Source of the DNA: Anthoceros angustus
Lineage: Eukaryota > Plantae > Anthocerotophyta
DNA length: 64,000 nt
Assembly: GCA_010909165.1 (NCBI GenBank)
Contig: MU008154.1
Span: 434,001 to 498,000, forward strand
Direction of reading: 5' to 3'
In this document: positions 12,501 through 24,742 of the stretch, piece after piece
How the letters are laid out: every line of letters starts with the position of its first letter
How positions within the stretch are numbered: position 1 is the stretch's first letter
The notes under the pieces: model-generated
What the model was told of the DNA's origin: nothing
What the model saw: the letters and a program-made list of their open reading frames with translations, nothing else
Database searches by the model: none
Made by a program: the position numbers and the translations under genes

Positions 12501-14284
12501 CTATTCTGCAGTCGGGTGGAGATGCACAGGGATGCACACTTGGTTGCTCTTCTCGGAAACGAAACATGATATGATGTCCCGAAGAGAGATCACCCCCGTC
12601 ACTCGGCGCGTGGAGTCTACCACATATATCCGATGGATTCTCTTTTCAGACACTGTGCGGATGATTTCACCTAAGGTAGCGTCCTCCTCAGTGACAACAG
12701 GCAGTGTCAGGAGAGGACGGTTGGACTCCGTTGGAGCTGAGGTCACAATTTCTATGAAGTCCAGCACTGTCAAGTCCCTGCCAGGGCAAACATCGTTCCA
12801 GTGAGGAGGGGAAAGAAGGATGGAGAAGCAGACGAGTATGTGTTTTGAAAGGAAAACGCATCTGCAATGAAGAAAATGCAGCATTTGGGTGGAGGAAACT
12901 TACTGCCTCCTTGCGAAGAGCTCAGGTTTCAGCAACAAGAAGCAGATGTCCCTGACACTGATGCTGCCCACAATTTCCTGGCTCTGGGAATCAACCACTG
13001 GCAGACCCCCGACTGCCTTATCTCGCATCAACTTGAAAGCCTCCAAAACCAGCCTGTCACTCTCCACGAAGACAACCTGCAAGGCATCAAAATGAAGATG
13101 ACGTGCACACTCATGTGATGAATGACCTTTCAAGCATCATGCAGGATACAGTTCTTGGTGAGGCATTCGACGTGACAATGCATGTCACTAGGCACCTGCT
13201 CAGGAGCCATGCGAGGCAACGCCAGGTCGTGCAGAGGCCTCTCAGCAATTGTATCGAACCAGTCTCGACCCTGGCACTGACAGAGACCACGCACAACTGC
13301 TGACTGAGTGATGAGATTCAGAATTTGAGAGTTGTCCGGTTCCACAACTGGGACACACCGTATCCTGTGTCTGGACATGAGGAGTAGGACTGTCATCATA
13401 GAGTCTTTGGTCCGAACTGGAAAAAAAGGAGCCCATCGGTATGACTCCATAAGCTGCGAGACCTGTTGATGCAGTCCCCCAATGTTTGCAAAGTTAGGCA
13501 CAGCTAGCGAAAGTTAGGACAAAGCATAGAAAAATTTAACAGTCAGAGCACTTGTGCAATGACATACTGTCGTGGACTTGAAAGGCTCCTCTTTCAGAAT
13601 GACATGGTAGAACTCATCTCCCAGGGCATCAGCAGCTGTAGAAGCATCTCTGCCAGTCCCCCTCTCTGCTGCCAGCCCACCTGCCACTGCGGCTCCCACT
13701 GCAGCTGTAGCCAGTCCAGCAACTGCAGCCGGTCCTGTCAGCCCTAGCACCACAGCACCGAGGGCACCAAGCGCTCCAGCCCCCACTCCAGCCATGGTGG
13801 CCGAGCCTGCAGCAATGGCTGCAGCTGCAAGCTCCGCTTGCTCTAACACCCACAGGATCACTGCCCCATAATCGATCATGCCAATGTACCGAGAGGCCCA
13901 GTCGGCGTCGGGAGCCCCTTCTCCAGTTGAGTCCCTCACTGGAGCTGAAAATATGTTCTGCTTGGAAAGAGTGCTCACAGCCTCGGCAATAGTGGCGTCT
14001 GCTGAAACCTCAATCACTGCAACAGAAAGAACGTTTTCAACTCCCACAAGGATAAGTAAGTGAGAGCAGCCTGAACATCAAACCATCCACCCAAGTCTTT
14101 CATCACCAACAGCTCTGGTACCTTCTCCAGATGGGACAGGAGGAAATGAAGACACTGGAATCTTGGCAAACGCAGAGCTCAGCAGCTCTAGTACAGGAGG
14201 TGGGACTCCGACCTCTCCTGCTTCCGTATGCTTCTTCCACAAGCACTCAAATTGTTCTCGGAGGGGCACCTCGGATTCCGCCAT
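12501..14284 (-). CDS. CBS-domain protein, SnRK1 gamma (KING1)-like, multi-exon
   Basis: FAKIPVSSFP, FSAPVRD..WASRYIGMIDY, Ala/Gly-rich hairpin, EEPFKSTTV, RWAPFFPV, LEAFKLMRDKAVGGLPVV, IHRIYVVD..GVISLRDIISCFVSE. Confidence 0.9.
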
Positions 14285-14604
14285 TCTCCTCACCTCAACA
14301 CTACGTGCAAATTGGCACCACCCACAGGCAAATTGGGAACAAGGGAATCCAGCAATCAGGGGTCACTCAACCAAACTGAATGGACACTTTCACAAAATCT
14401 GGGAAGAGCAAAGCACGATCTTCGACAACATATCGTGGCAGCTGAGCAATAGACAAGCCACACGTCGCTATTTGGCCGTGCCTGCGAGCTCCACGTGGCG
14501 TAATTTTGGGAACCGGTACTCTTAGAGACACCTCCTCAGAAGTCAAGTAATCTCTCCGGACGAGGAAAGATAGATGAAAAAAGCGTCCAACAACATAGGA
14601 CATC

Positions 14605-14948
14605 AAAGAAGAAGAACAAGAATTTTATTGAAGTCCACCAAGGACGGATTTCTGTCATGGGACTTGGTACTTAACAACTTGTACTATGGTGTGCCTAAGC
14701 TACTTGCGTCAAGGGTATCTATTTCCTCTAGACACCCCATCTAAGTACCTATCTAAGCGTAGGATGCTTAATAACGATGTTCTTATAAATGTGTGTCTAT
14801 TTGGCCAAATGGCTTAGTGTGTCTATTTGGCCTAAGCCATTTGGACACAGGAGCGTAGGATGCTTAATAACGATGTTCTTATAAATGTGTGTCTATTTGG
14901 CCAAATGGCTTAGTGTGTCTATTTGGCCTAAGCCATTTGGACACAGGA
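14605..14948 (-). mobile_element. 3' end of a non-LTR retroelement (related copies at ~31410-31570 and ~32925-33083), with an internal 96-bp tandem duplication (14757-14948)
   Basis: Three dispersed copies of aagaattttatt.aagtccac.aaggacggatt..ggacttggtacttaac..ctaagccatttgg. On the minus strand each ends AATAAAA followed by a TTC-repeat tail. Confidence 0.6.
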
Positions 14949-15350
14949 GACCCAAGGGTCGCGGTAGCAAGGAGTAAATAAGTTCATGAGGAGCGGTCAT
15001 TAGAAATAGATATGATTAGCATGAAATGATTAATTTCCAAGAGCTTGCTCTCATTGCGGTTACAATTTGAGCTACTTTTTTCTTTGCAAATGTTATTAAA
15101 GGTGTTATTGTTGATTTAAGTAGCTTGTACAATTATTGTACAACTATTGGATTGTGTTTTAGTGAGGCTTAATTAAGATAATATAAAACAAGAAGATATA
15201 ACATCTTCAATCCATTAGAAAGGAACATATTTAGATTTATCCGTACCCATGCATCCACTACGAGTCGACCATAATCATACACTATATAGGCTATGTGGAG
15301 CAAAGGGGAAAAAAAACTGCAATACCTGCTTTCAACTTGGTCCTTGGGCG

Positions 15351-16821
15351 TGCAAATATATCCAAGATTATCTAGGCTATGTGGAGCAAAGGGGGAAAAA
15401 GACCTGCAATTCCTGCTTTCAACTTGGTGCTCGGGTGTGGAAATAAGTATATCCAAGGCCCATTCTCTTCAGTCGGCCCCCCACTAATTGGGAACTCTAT
15501 AAATGGGATTCCTCTCTAAATGGGGCCTCCCATCCTACTCCCTTTAGTTTACAGTGTAAAAAATGGGACTTTTCCCTAAATGGTAACTGGGACCTTTTGA
15601 AACATACATTCATGTTAGTTTCACCTCAATATATGGGATTTTCAGTTTTTTTACTAAAATAAATTTTAAAAAAAGAAAAAGGAATCGATTATTTCATCGC
15701 ACAATAGACTTTTAAGTGTGATTGAAGACTCTTAAGCTAAGCTTTTTCCTTTATGATAGGTAGAGGTTTTTTAATGCTGCTTAGAGAGAGTGCTAGCTTT
15801 TCAGGCAACTATATAGAGAAGTGCTAAAAGTTATTTTTAGTGAAACCTATGAATCAAAATTTAAAATTTCCTTTTTTGAGTATTTTTTATTTTTAAAATT
15901 TATAATATTTTTATTTTTTTTAAATAGGAAAAATGTAATCGGGACACCTCCCTTAATGGGACCTCTAAAGGCACTCCAACCAATCCCAATCAGGGGAGTG
16001 GACTGCTCAATTAAAAAACAAAATTGTGTAGAGCAAAGGGCTAAAAACCCTACAATGGCCGCTCTCAACTTGATCCTCCACCATGCAAATATATCCAAGA
16101 TTATCTAGGCTATGTGGAGCAAAGGGGGAAAAAGACCTGCAATTCCTGCTTTCAACTTGGTGCTCGGGTGTGGAAATAAGTATATCCAAGGCCCATTCTC
16201 TTCAGTCGTCCCCCCACTAATTGGGAACTCTATAAATGGGATTCCTCTCTAAATGGGGCCTCCCATCCTACTCCCTTTAGTTTACAGTGTAAAAAATGGG
16301 ACTTTTCCCTAAATGGTAATCGACCTTTGAAACATACATTCATGTTAGTTTCACCTCAATATATGGGATTTTCAGTTTTTTTACTAAAATAAATTTTAAA
16401 AAAAGAAAAAGGAATCGATTATTTCATCGCACAATAGACTTTTAAGTGTGATTGAAGACTCTTAAGCTAAGCTTTTTCCTTTATGATAGGTAGAGGTTTT
16501 TAATCTTGTAGAGAGTGCTAGGGCAACTATATAGAGAAGTGCTAAAAGTTATTTTTTAGTGAAACCTATGAATCAAAATTTAAAATTTCCTTTTTGAGTA
16601 TTTTTATTTTTAAAATTTATAATATTTTTATTTTTTTTAAATAGGAAAAATGTAATCGGGACACCTCCCTTAATGGGACCTCTAAAGGCACTCCGAACCA
16701 ATCCCAATCAGGGGAGTGGACTGCAGTTCCCGAATTAAGTGTGTAAAAACAAAATTGTGTAGAGCAAAGGGCGAAAAAACCCTACAATGGCCGCTCTCAA
16801 CTTGATCCTCCACCATGCAAA
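15351..16821. repeat. Tandem duplication, unit ~733 bp, containing ~85-bp subrepeats (ct/tt.tgt.gagcaaaggg.aaaaa)
   Basis: 15351-16083 repeats at 16084-16821; junction on shared tgcaaa. Confidence 0.88.
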
Positions 16822-17003
16822 CAAATTTGTCTACGGCCCATTCTCTGTTCCGGAACTGGGTGTATAAAAACAAAATTCCTTGCCATGCATTAACACATGC
16901 ATCTCCTGGGAGTTGAACCCCAATCAAAGACGACAAGTATCCTAACAGTTGGATTACAAACGAAGATGCTTAAGAGTCTTCAATCACACTTAAAAGTCTA
17001 TTG
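16432..17003. mobile_element. MITE-like element with perfect 36-bp terminal inverted repeats
   Basis: caatagacttttaagtgtgattgaagactcttaagc (16432-16467, also 15702-15737) is the exact reverse complement of 16968-17003. No clear target-site duplication. Confidence 0.55.
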
Positions 17004-17089
17004 AAGAGTGATTGAAGACTCTTAAGCATCGTTCTGTGGATGACTCCATCTTTGGGTGACTCCATCCAACAACCCTCTGGAGGGTCAAA

Positions 17090-17350
17090 GGTCAAGGGGG
17101 GACTAGCCGTCGCGATTGTCTACCCTAAAGCTACCTACTACTCCCAAGTGACCTCCCATCATACCGAGGCGATGGGGAACAACCCTTTAGACGGTCCCAA
17201 GTCAAGAGGGACTAGCCTCCACGATTGTCTACCCCCTTCCAGAGGACCCCAGGCTAAGGCGAAACTAGCTCCCGCGATTGTCTACTCCCTTCTAGCATGC
17301 CCCAGGCAAGAGAGACTAGCCCCTGCAATTGTCTACCTTGAAGCTACCTA
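17090..17350. repeat. Four dispersed copies of ACTAGC.n.GATTGTCTAC motif
   Basis: gactagccgtcgcgattgtctaccc, gactagcctccacgattgtctaccc, aactagctcccgcgattgtctactc, gactagcccctgcaattgtctacct. Confidence 0.7.
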
Positions 17351-17774
17351 CTGCTCCCTAGATGTGGGGAATAAGAAATAGCGGACTATAATAGACTTTT
17401 TTTTCTTCTTCTAATCCAATTGAACATGTATGGCCCAATCCTACTTATGGAATATCGCCAACTCTATATAGATTTCTCGAGGATTGATCACTGATCCAAA
17501 GGTGCGAGATGTCTTTTACCAATATAATCTTATTTATTTTAAAATAAAATATACTTGATATATAATATCATAAAAGATATCACATAAAATATAATTACAA
17601 ATATATTTATTATTTATTATATATAATTAATTTTCAAGAAAAAATGAGTTCCCAATGTTGGAGAGTAAAAGATCTAAATCTTAGTCTTGGTAAAGTTTGA
17701 TACTTTTAATTGAGTCCACGATGGCTCCCAAGAAAGAAAGCATGGAATCTAGGATGTGTGAAGGCTAAGTCTAT

Positions 17775-17906
17775 AGAATAGGTAGTAAGAGTTTGGTAGC
17801 TTGTTTGTTTACAAAGGTTGTATCACACACGTTTATCTTTAGAATAGGTAGTAAGAGTTTGGTAGCTTGTTTGTTTACAAAGGTTGTATCACACACGTTT
17901 ATCTTT
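17775..17906. repeat. Perfect 66-bp tandem duplication
   Basis: agaataggtagtaagagtttgg...cacacacgtttatcttt occurs twice. Confidence 0.9.
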
Positions 17907-18195
17907 AATCACGTTTGTATAATCTTGTAAATATGATCTGCATGTGTATTTAGGAGATATGTATTCACATACATCATTATCAATATAAAAGCCTCCTCAA
18001 CATTAAATTAGGATGCCGTAGATGATGTGGTGAGATTAGGGTAGTCTTTCCTTTGACACTTTCACAATAGAACCTTCAAGGTATGTTGAGAAATTCAAAA
18101 ACAAAACCAAGTTTGAGTCCTATAGCTTGCTGATGACTTCAAAGAAAAGTATAAAGTACCTTACTACCAGATGAATATGAAGGCAGTAGTTTAGA

Positions 18196-20268
18196 ATGGA
18201 CCTTTCTCAATACTTTGAATATTCATTGAGAAAATACTATACAAATATACAATTTATTGAAAGAAACTACAATAGTGATGTTCAAATACCACACTGGCCC
18301 AATTACCACATAAAAAGGCTAAGCATAGCTAGAGAAAGACTCCTATATCAAGTAGAAACGAATCTTTTACTTCGAAGTAATAAAACTCAGCTGAAACAAA
18401 TCTTAAAAAAACACCAACCACCTTTAAAATTCCACGAAGCATGGGAGAGATGCAAGAATGCTAGCTATGAATATTGGGCTAGTCTATCCTATGTTCAACA
18501 ATACATACAACAACATTGTAGAAAACTAAAAGAGGATTTAGAACCAAACATAGCTAATTATATTCTTTCCCGTTTCTTTGAAGATAACAAGGAAAGAAGC
18601 ATACGAAAATTAAACTTGCATGTCCCAAATTTAGAAAAAAGAGTGCTAGACATCCAATGTTTTGAAAGTCAAAAGTACAATGAAGAGTGGTTGGAGGCAT
18701 TATTCATGGTGCCCTATTTTGCATTCAATGAAGCAAGTAACACTTTTTTTCTAGAAACGCAAATATTTCCAAAATTTGCTTTAACAATACAATCAATTAA
18801 TCACCAACAAGATTGTATTTCGCAGCAACTTAGAATTAACAACAAAGGAAATAGCAACAACTTAGGGCAAAAAGTGTCTTTTGAAGCTTCTCATTCTAAT
18901 ATCGTACCATTCCTTCACCAAGAAAGAGTTCAACTTCCTTTATCCCAATCAAAGCTGGCAAATGTCAAGTGCACAATAATTTTCACTGAATGTATGGAAC
19001 ATATTGACTTGGAGCATATGTTACAACTACCTGGAAAGTATTTTGTTTTAAATGTGATATCCAAACAAGTTAATAACTTCTTGGAAAAAGCTAATTTGCC
19101 CTCCTTAGATCATTGTAATTGTTATCAAACTTTTCTATCACCCCATTTTAGTGCATCCCTAAAATCAGTTGAAGAATGGACCAATTACGAAAATGCAGCT
19201 ATAATAGTTGAAAATAAATTAAATGGATCTATATTAAATGTGGCTAAAACTTATGGTCATTTGGTGAAATTAAAAAATAGTATACAAGATATAAGTAATT
19301 TAATACAAGAATATTTAAAAGAAATCAGAAATAGATTGAGTGTGTTCACTTTAGAACGTGACATTGCTAATTGGCATCTGGTTTGTGAAGAAAATAATAG
19401 TTTGTTTTGGCCTAACCGTGACATGAAGTGGTCAAAAGGGATTTCACAAGATTGTGGTTTACCTTTGAAGATTATTGATTACAAGCTGAACTTTGCACTT
19501 TTAGCTACTTTTGCACTACACATAGCAGAAATTAAAGATGTAATTGGCTTATCCGACAAGACTTGGGATGAGCACTTAGAAAGACTGACACTATTAGAGA
19601 AGAAATTACATGTAGAAAATTTAGAAAACTTAGTGGAAGTGGAGAAAAATATTGCAATAAAATTGCAAGAAATCTATGAAATCACTTCAGACAATAACAT
19701 GTATGCCTTGTACCTTGAAAGAGATCCAAAAATCAAAGCTGACTTGAGTCTTCATCAAAGAAAGAGTCAACGAGTTGAGAAGCCCATGATGTTCTTATGG
19801 CTTCGTTGTCTTGTGGAAGGCATTCGTCAAAAAATTGAAAGAATCTATTTTTCTTATGAAAAACCAAGTGAAAAAATTTCTTGGTCTAAAAAATTAGAAC
19901 TCATAGCTGAAAATATAGATGGAGTTGCAACTTGGCTAGAAAAGAACAATTTCCCCATGAAAAATTTGTTCATGACGAGCAAATCCCATAGATCTCGTCC
20001 TCCAACCTTTGATACTCAAGTTGAGAAATCTTCCCCCAGCATCGACACAGAAACAATACAATGGCTTGGACATCAGGCTACTAAGGAAGCTACCCTGCCT
20101 GAAATTGCTGAAGCAATCAACGATGAAAAAGTATTTGATAAAGAGCTTCAAAAGAATCACCTTCATCCTTTATTTAATTACACCAACGTCACCAATCGAT
20201 CAGATTACATTACCATGGAAAACCAGAGAGAGTGTTTCCCGGATGTAGACTTGAGGACACAAAAGTGA
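18196..20268 (+). CDS. Hypothetical 690-aa intronless AT-rich ORF, no recognisable domain
   Basis: 2073-bp uninterrupted ATG-started ORF in AT-rich DNA, where chance ORFs are short. Largely helical-looking sequence. Confidence 0.7.
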   Translation: MDLSQYFEYSLRKYYTNIQFIERNYNSDVQIPHWPNYHIKRLSIARERLLYQVETNLLLRSNKTQLKQILKKHQPPLKFHEAWERCKNASYEYWASLSYVQQYIQQHCRKLKEDLEPNIANYILSRFFEDNKERSIRKLNLHVPNLEKRVLDIQCFESQKYNEEWLEALFMVPYFAFNEASNTFFLETQIFPKFALTIQSINHQQDCISQQLRINNKGNSNNLGQKVSFEASHSNIVPFLHQERVQLPLSQSKLANVKCTIIFTECMEHIDLEHMLQLPGKYFVLNVISKQVNNFLEKANLPSLDHCNCYQTFLSPHFSASLKSVEEWTNYENAAIIVENKLNGSILNVAKTYGHLVKLKNSIQDISNLIQEYLKEIRNRLSVFTLERDIANWHLVCEENNSLFWPNRDMKWSKGISQDCGLPLKIIDYKLNFALLATFALHIAEIKDVIGLSDKTWDEHLERLTLLEKKLHVENLENLVEVEKNIAIKLQEIYEITSDNNMYALYLERDPKIKADLSLHQRKSQRVEKPMMFLWLRCLVEGIRQKIERIYFSYEKPSEKISWSKKLELIAENIDGVATWLEKNNFPMKNLFMTSKSHRSRPPTFDTQVEKSSPSIDTETIQWLGHQATKEATLPEIAEAINDEKVFDKELQKNHLHPLFNYTNVTNRSDYITMENQRECFPDVDLRTQK

Positions 20269-20997
20269 TCACCTATATAATTACCAAAATAAGTTGCTTC
20301 AGTTTTCTAGAAGTACAATTTCAAGTTGCAGTATGTGCTTATCAAATGCCCTATACAACACTTGTTTGGGCAAGCACAGTTGTAGACCTACAACAAACCT
20401 ACATATGCCTTTTGACTCATCTACTAAAAAACAAGGCTGACACTTATACACTGATGGCGCGTCGATGCTTGTTGCGAGAGAGCTTCACAGGCCTTTACAA
20501 TATCACCTTATATACAGTGTATCTAGAAATCTCCATTAATCTAATTTCAGTTGCCTTGAAGGACTATTGGATGTTGAAACACGCCAAGTAGTAGCCAGTC
20601 AAAGCTACCCAAGTCTTACATGCAAACACAATTGTATTCAAAGGTGTCAAATGTTTAGGGTGTCCAAAGATATCAAACCCCTAGGTGAGGCTAATGATGC
20701 ACACCTTCTTGTTGAGTTCCACACCTCATACTTCATCAATGGAGATGAACAATTATGTTCCTTCTCAATCACATGTTCAACATCATCTTCCCACAATGGT
20801 TCTTCATTGAATCTAAATCTCATAGTAGCTTTGAAAAAGTTGAGTTCAACATAGTCCTTCCACTTGAAATGCATTGCAAGCTCTTGGCTTGTTTCTCTAG
20901 AAACGCATAGTAAGCTCTTGGCAAAGTAGTGCTTTTGTCTTTCTTGCCATGAAATCGCCCAGTTTTCACTTGAAGAATCCATGAAGCATGAAAGCAC

Positions 20998-21140
20998 AAA
21001 GGACAAGTTGGAGAGTCCTTGGACCATGAAAGCATAAAGGACAAGTTGGAGAATCCTTGGACCATGAAACCACTAGAAAAGCTCTCCACTAAGCCATAGT
21101 AGAAGGAAAGCTCGGTTGGAGAGTCCTTGCACCACGAAAA
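20998..21140. repeat. ~38-bp repeat, two close copies plus one degenerate copy
   Basis: ggacaagttggaga(g/a)tccttggaccatgaaa twice, then gttggagagtccttgcaccacgaaaa. Confidence 0.75.
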
Positions 21141-21784
21141 CACGACTATGTAGTAGAAAGCATTTCACTTGCATCATGCAAGCTACGGTCCTTGGCCTGA
21201 AAGAGAGAGTGAATGAAAGCAGCGCAAGTGTCAAGCCATTTGTGAAGGCTGGCATGGAGTTGAGGCCGGGACGCGTGTCGTGAATCTCCAGCGAGGCAGG
21301 TGACAGGTGGCCAGATTCTAGACGGGGAAAGGGTGGCGGGCAATGTGAACCTCACCCCGCCAATGCCCCAGATATTTCTCGACACGTGGATATCCAAAAG
21401 ATCCAAACAAGCGTGCCATCCGTGCACAAATAGCGAAAGCTTCCATTTTCAGTCGTGAGACGCTGAGAGACGCGCATCGCTGCATTGTCCACACCGTTCC
21501 TTCCTGTTCCTATTCCAGATCCAGATCCTGTTCCTGGTCCTTCCATTTCATCCCATTCCCGCTTCCTCCCCAGTTCCTTCGCAGAACCTTCTGCCTCGCC
21601 CGGCTCGCCCCTCCCGGAACGGCAGGCCGCGGCCGGCTGTGGGCGCCGTGCTCGAATTGTCGTGAGATTCCCGACAGCCCATTTCAGGCCGAGTCGAATC
21701 GAATCGATTCCGGGAAGAGCCCGCATCGGGATCGCTGAGGGCGCTGGTCGGAGGATTCGCCTGGTCTCATCTCCGGGGAGGGGA

Positions 21785-24742
21785 ATGATGCAGGCGCTGC
21801 GGGCGGGATCAGCATCGCAGCTAAGCTTTGTGCGGATACAGCGCCAGCAGGGGCAGAAGGGGCGGGATGCCGGGGGGAGGGCCGTGGTGGTGAGCGCGGC
21901 GGCGTCCAGGAGGCACAGCTCCTGCCCCGGCTGCTGCTCCTCGTCCTCGTCCTCGTCCTCGTCGCGGAGCCTGCGAGGTGGGTTCTTGGCTGGGAGCCCG
22001 CTGCCGCTGCCGCTGCGGGCTGCGAGGGAGATTGGAGAGAGGCCGGGTGAAGCGAGGCGGCGGGCGCGGCCAGGGCGGTGATTGCCACGGACCGCGGGGT
22101 CGGGGTGACGAGGGAATTCGCGCTGGACGGGGCGCCAGGGTGAAGGTGCAGGCGGTCGGGGCCGGGAATGGCGCGCCCGCCCTGGTGGAAGTGCGGGTGG
22201 AGGGCCACTCCGGGGACGCGCTGCTTCTGCACTGGGGCGCCACGGGAGGGGGGTCCCCGGGATGGCTGCTCCCGGACGCCCGCCCCCCCGGGACCTCGGA
22301 CTACAAGGGCAAGGCCCTCCAGACCCGCTTCGGCAAGGACGACGCCGGGCTGTCCCTTAAAATCGAGCTCCCGGACCCCGCGCTCGACGCCCTCGAGTTC
22401 CTCATCAAGGACGAGGCCAAGAACGCCTGGTTCAAGCTCGACGGCGGCAACTTCCGGGTGGAAATCCCCCGCCCGCAGCAGGACGTGAGCCAGATCCAGC
22501 TCCCGGAGGAGCTCGTCCAGGTGCAGGCCTACCTCCGGTGGGAGCGCAGAGGGAAGCAGAGCTACTCCCCGGAGCAGGAGAAGGCGGAGTATGAGGAGGC
22601 CAGGAGAGAGCTCCAGGAGGAGGTCGCGCGGGGGGCCTCCGTCGACGCGCTCAGGAGGAAGCTACTCGGAAACGATGCCGGCGGCGGGAGCAACGGGAAC
22701 GGGGCGGCAGCCGCGGCGGAGAATGGAGCCGCGCCCGACAAGGGAAGCGAGAACGGGAGCGGGAACGGGAGCTCCACGAAGCCGAAGGCGGGGCCCGTGG
22801 CGCATGTGAAGCGGAAGAGCCGGGATCCGGTGGAGCTGATCCAGAAAGTTGGGAAAGGCGGCGGAAAGGCGGCGGCGGCGGCGGCGCCGCCTCCCAGGCA
22901 GCCCACGCCGCTGGAGCTCGGGGCGGAGGTGATGGAGGGGGCGGATCAGGGGAAGGTGGTGCTGAAGAAGGTGTTCAGGTTCGGGGACGGGCAGGAGCTG
23001 CTGGTGTTGGTGACCAATCCTGAAGGGCTTCTGAAGGTGAGGCTGGCCACCAACATCAAGGAGCCTGTGGCTTTGCATTGGGCGTTGTCCAAGGAGCATG
23101 CTCGGGAATGGCTGGCTCCGCCCAAGAAGATTGTTCCTGCAGACTCCAATTTAGGGCCGAGCGCGTGCGAGACGCCCTTCAAATTAGGGTTTGCGGGAGA
23201 TGGTGGGCTGCAGTCGTTGGAGATTCCTGTGGGCGATGGTGGATATGTGGGGATGCCGTTTGTGTTCAGGGTGGGGGGGAATTGGTATAAGGATAATGGG
23301 TCGGATTTTTATGTTTCGTTCCAGGCTGCTGCTGCGAAGGCGGCGGCCAAGGCCGGAGGTGGGGAGGGCACGGCCAAGTCTTTTCTGGATGATGTGGCTG
23401 ACCAGGAGAGCGAGGCGGAGAGGTCGTTGATGCATCGGTACAATATTGCTGCTGGGTTTGCTGAGAGGGCGAAGAGGGAGGGGGAGTTGGCGTTGGCTGG
23501 GTTGTTGGTGTGGCTGAGGTATATGGCCACCAGGCAGCTAACATGGAACAAGAATTATAATGTGAAGCCCAGGGAGATCAGTGCTGCGCAGGATAGGCTG
23601 ACGAATTTGTTGCAGGAGACTTACAGGGAGCAGCCGGAGAATCGGGAGATGGTGAGGTTGATTATGGCGACTGTGGGGAGGGGGGGGCAGGGGGATGTTG
23701 GGCAGCGGATTCGGGATGAGATTCTCGTTATTCAGAGGAATAATGACTGTGCGGGGGGAATGATGGAGGAGTGGCACCAGAAGTTGCATAATAATACGAG
23801 TCCGGATGATGTGGTGATATGCCAGGCGTTGTTGGATCATATTCAGAGTGATTTCAGTGTGGATGTTTACTGGAAGACTCTGACAGATAATGGGATCTCG
23901 AAGCAGAGGTTGGCGAGTTATGACAGGCCGATTGTGTCGGAGCCCAAGTTCAGGCATGATCAAAAGGATGGGCTGGTGCGGGATCTGACTGCCTATATGA
24001 GGACGTTGAAGGCGGTGCATTCCGGGGCGGATTTGGAGTCAGCGATAGAGACTTGTATGGGGTATACTTCAGAGGGAAGGGGTTCATGGGGAGTGAAGAT
24101 TCATCCTATTAGTGGGTTGTCGTCGGATCTGCCTGGGTTGCTGCAGTTTGTGTTGGAGCACGTGGAGGATCAGCAGACTCTGCCGCTGATCGAGGGGTTG
24201 TTGGAGGCGAGGAGGAGCTGCGGCCCACGTTGCAGAATGCTCATGACAGGCTGCGGGATATTATTTTTCTGGACCTGGCGTTAGATTCCACTGTGCGAAC
24301 TGCGGTGGAGCGCGGGTTGGAGTCGTTCAGAAGGCGTCGCCTGCTGATTTGACACTGGTGATCAGTTGGTGGTGGAGAACTTGGCCCTGTCGGTGTCTGA
24401 TAATGAGGAGCTGGTGTATTGTTTGAAGACTGGTATCACATTCTGGAGCTATGCAAAGCTGGGGCAGACCAGTGGGCGTTGAGGGCCAAGGCTGTGCTTG
24501 ACAGGACGAGACTCGTATTAGCCGACAAAGCTGAGCACTATCAGACGATTCTGCAGCCGTCTGCGGAGTATCTGGGTGCCCTTCTGGGGGTGGAGAAGTG
24601 GGCGATTGAGATCTTTACGGAGGAGATGATCCGAGCTGGGTCTGCTGCGTCTCTGTCGCAGTTGGTGAACCAGCTTGATCCTATTCTGCGGAATATTGCA
24701 CATCTTGGGAGTTGGCAGGTTATCAGTCCGGTGGAAGTGCGG
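21785..24742 (+). CDS. GWD1: GWD copy A: N-terminal two-thirds with 1-nt frameshifts
   Basis: ORF 21978-24284 plus adjacent frames; ends at ISPVEVR, where the sequence jumps back to position ~22184. Confidence 0.8.

Noticed and set aside
20647-21027. Possible F-box-like remnant (LWEDDVEHVIEK..WNS)
   Set aside because: Similarity is weak, the ORF start lies in a tandem repeat, and no C-terminal domain was recognised.
21684-23551. Many long antisense and alternative-frame ORFs over GC-rich genes (also over BDP1, RBL, the 7-TM gene and FRI)
   Set aside because: Shadow ORFs expected from high GC and codon bias; no independent motifs.
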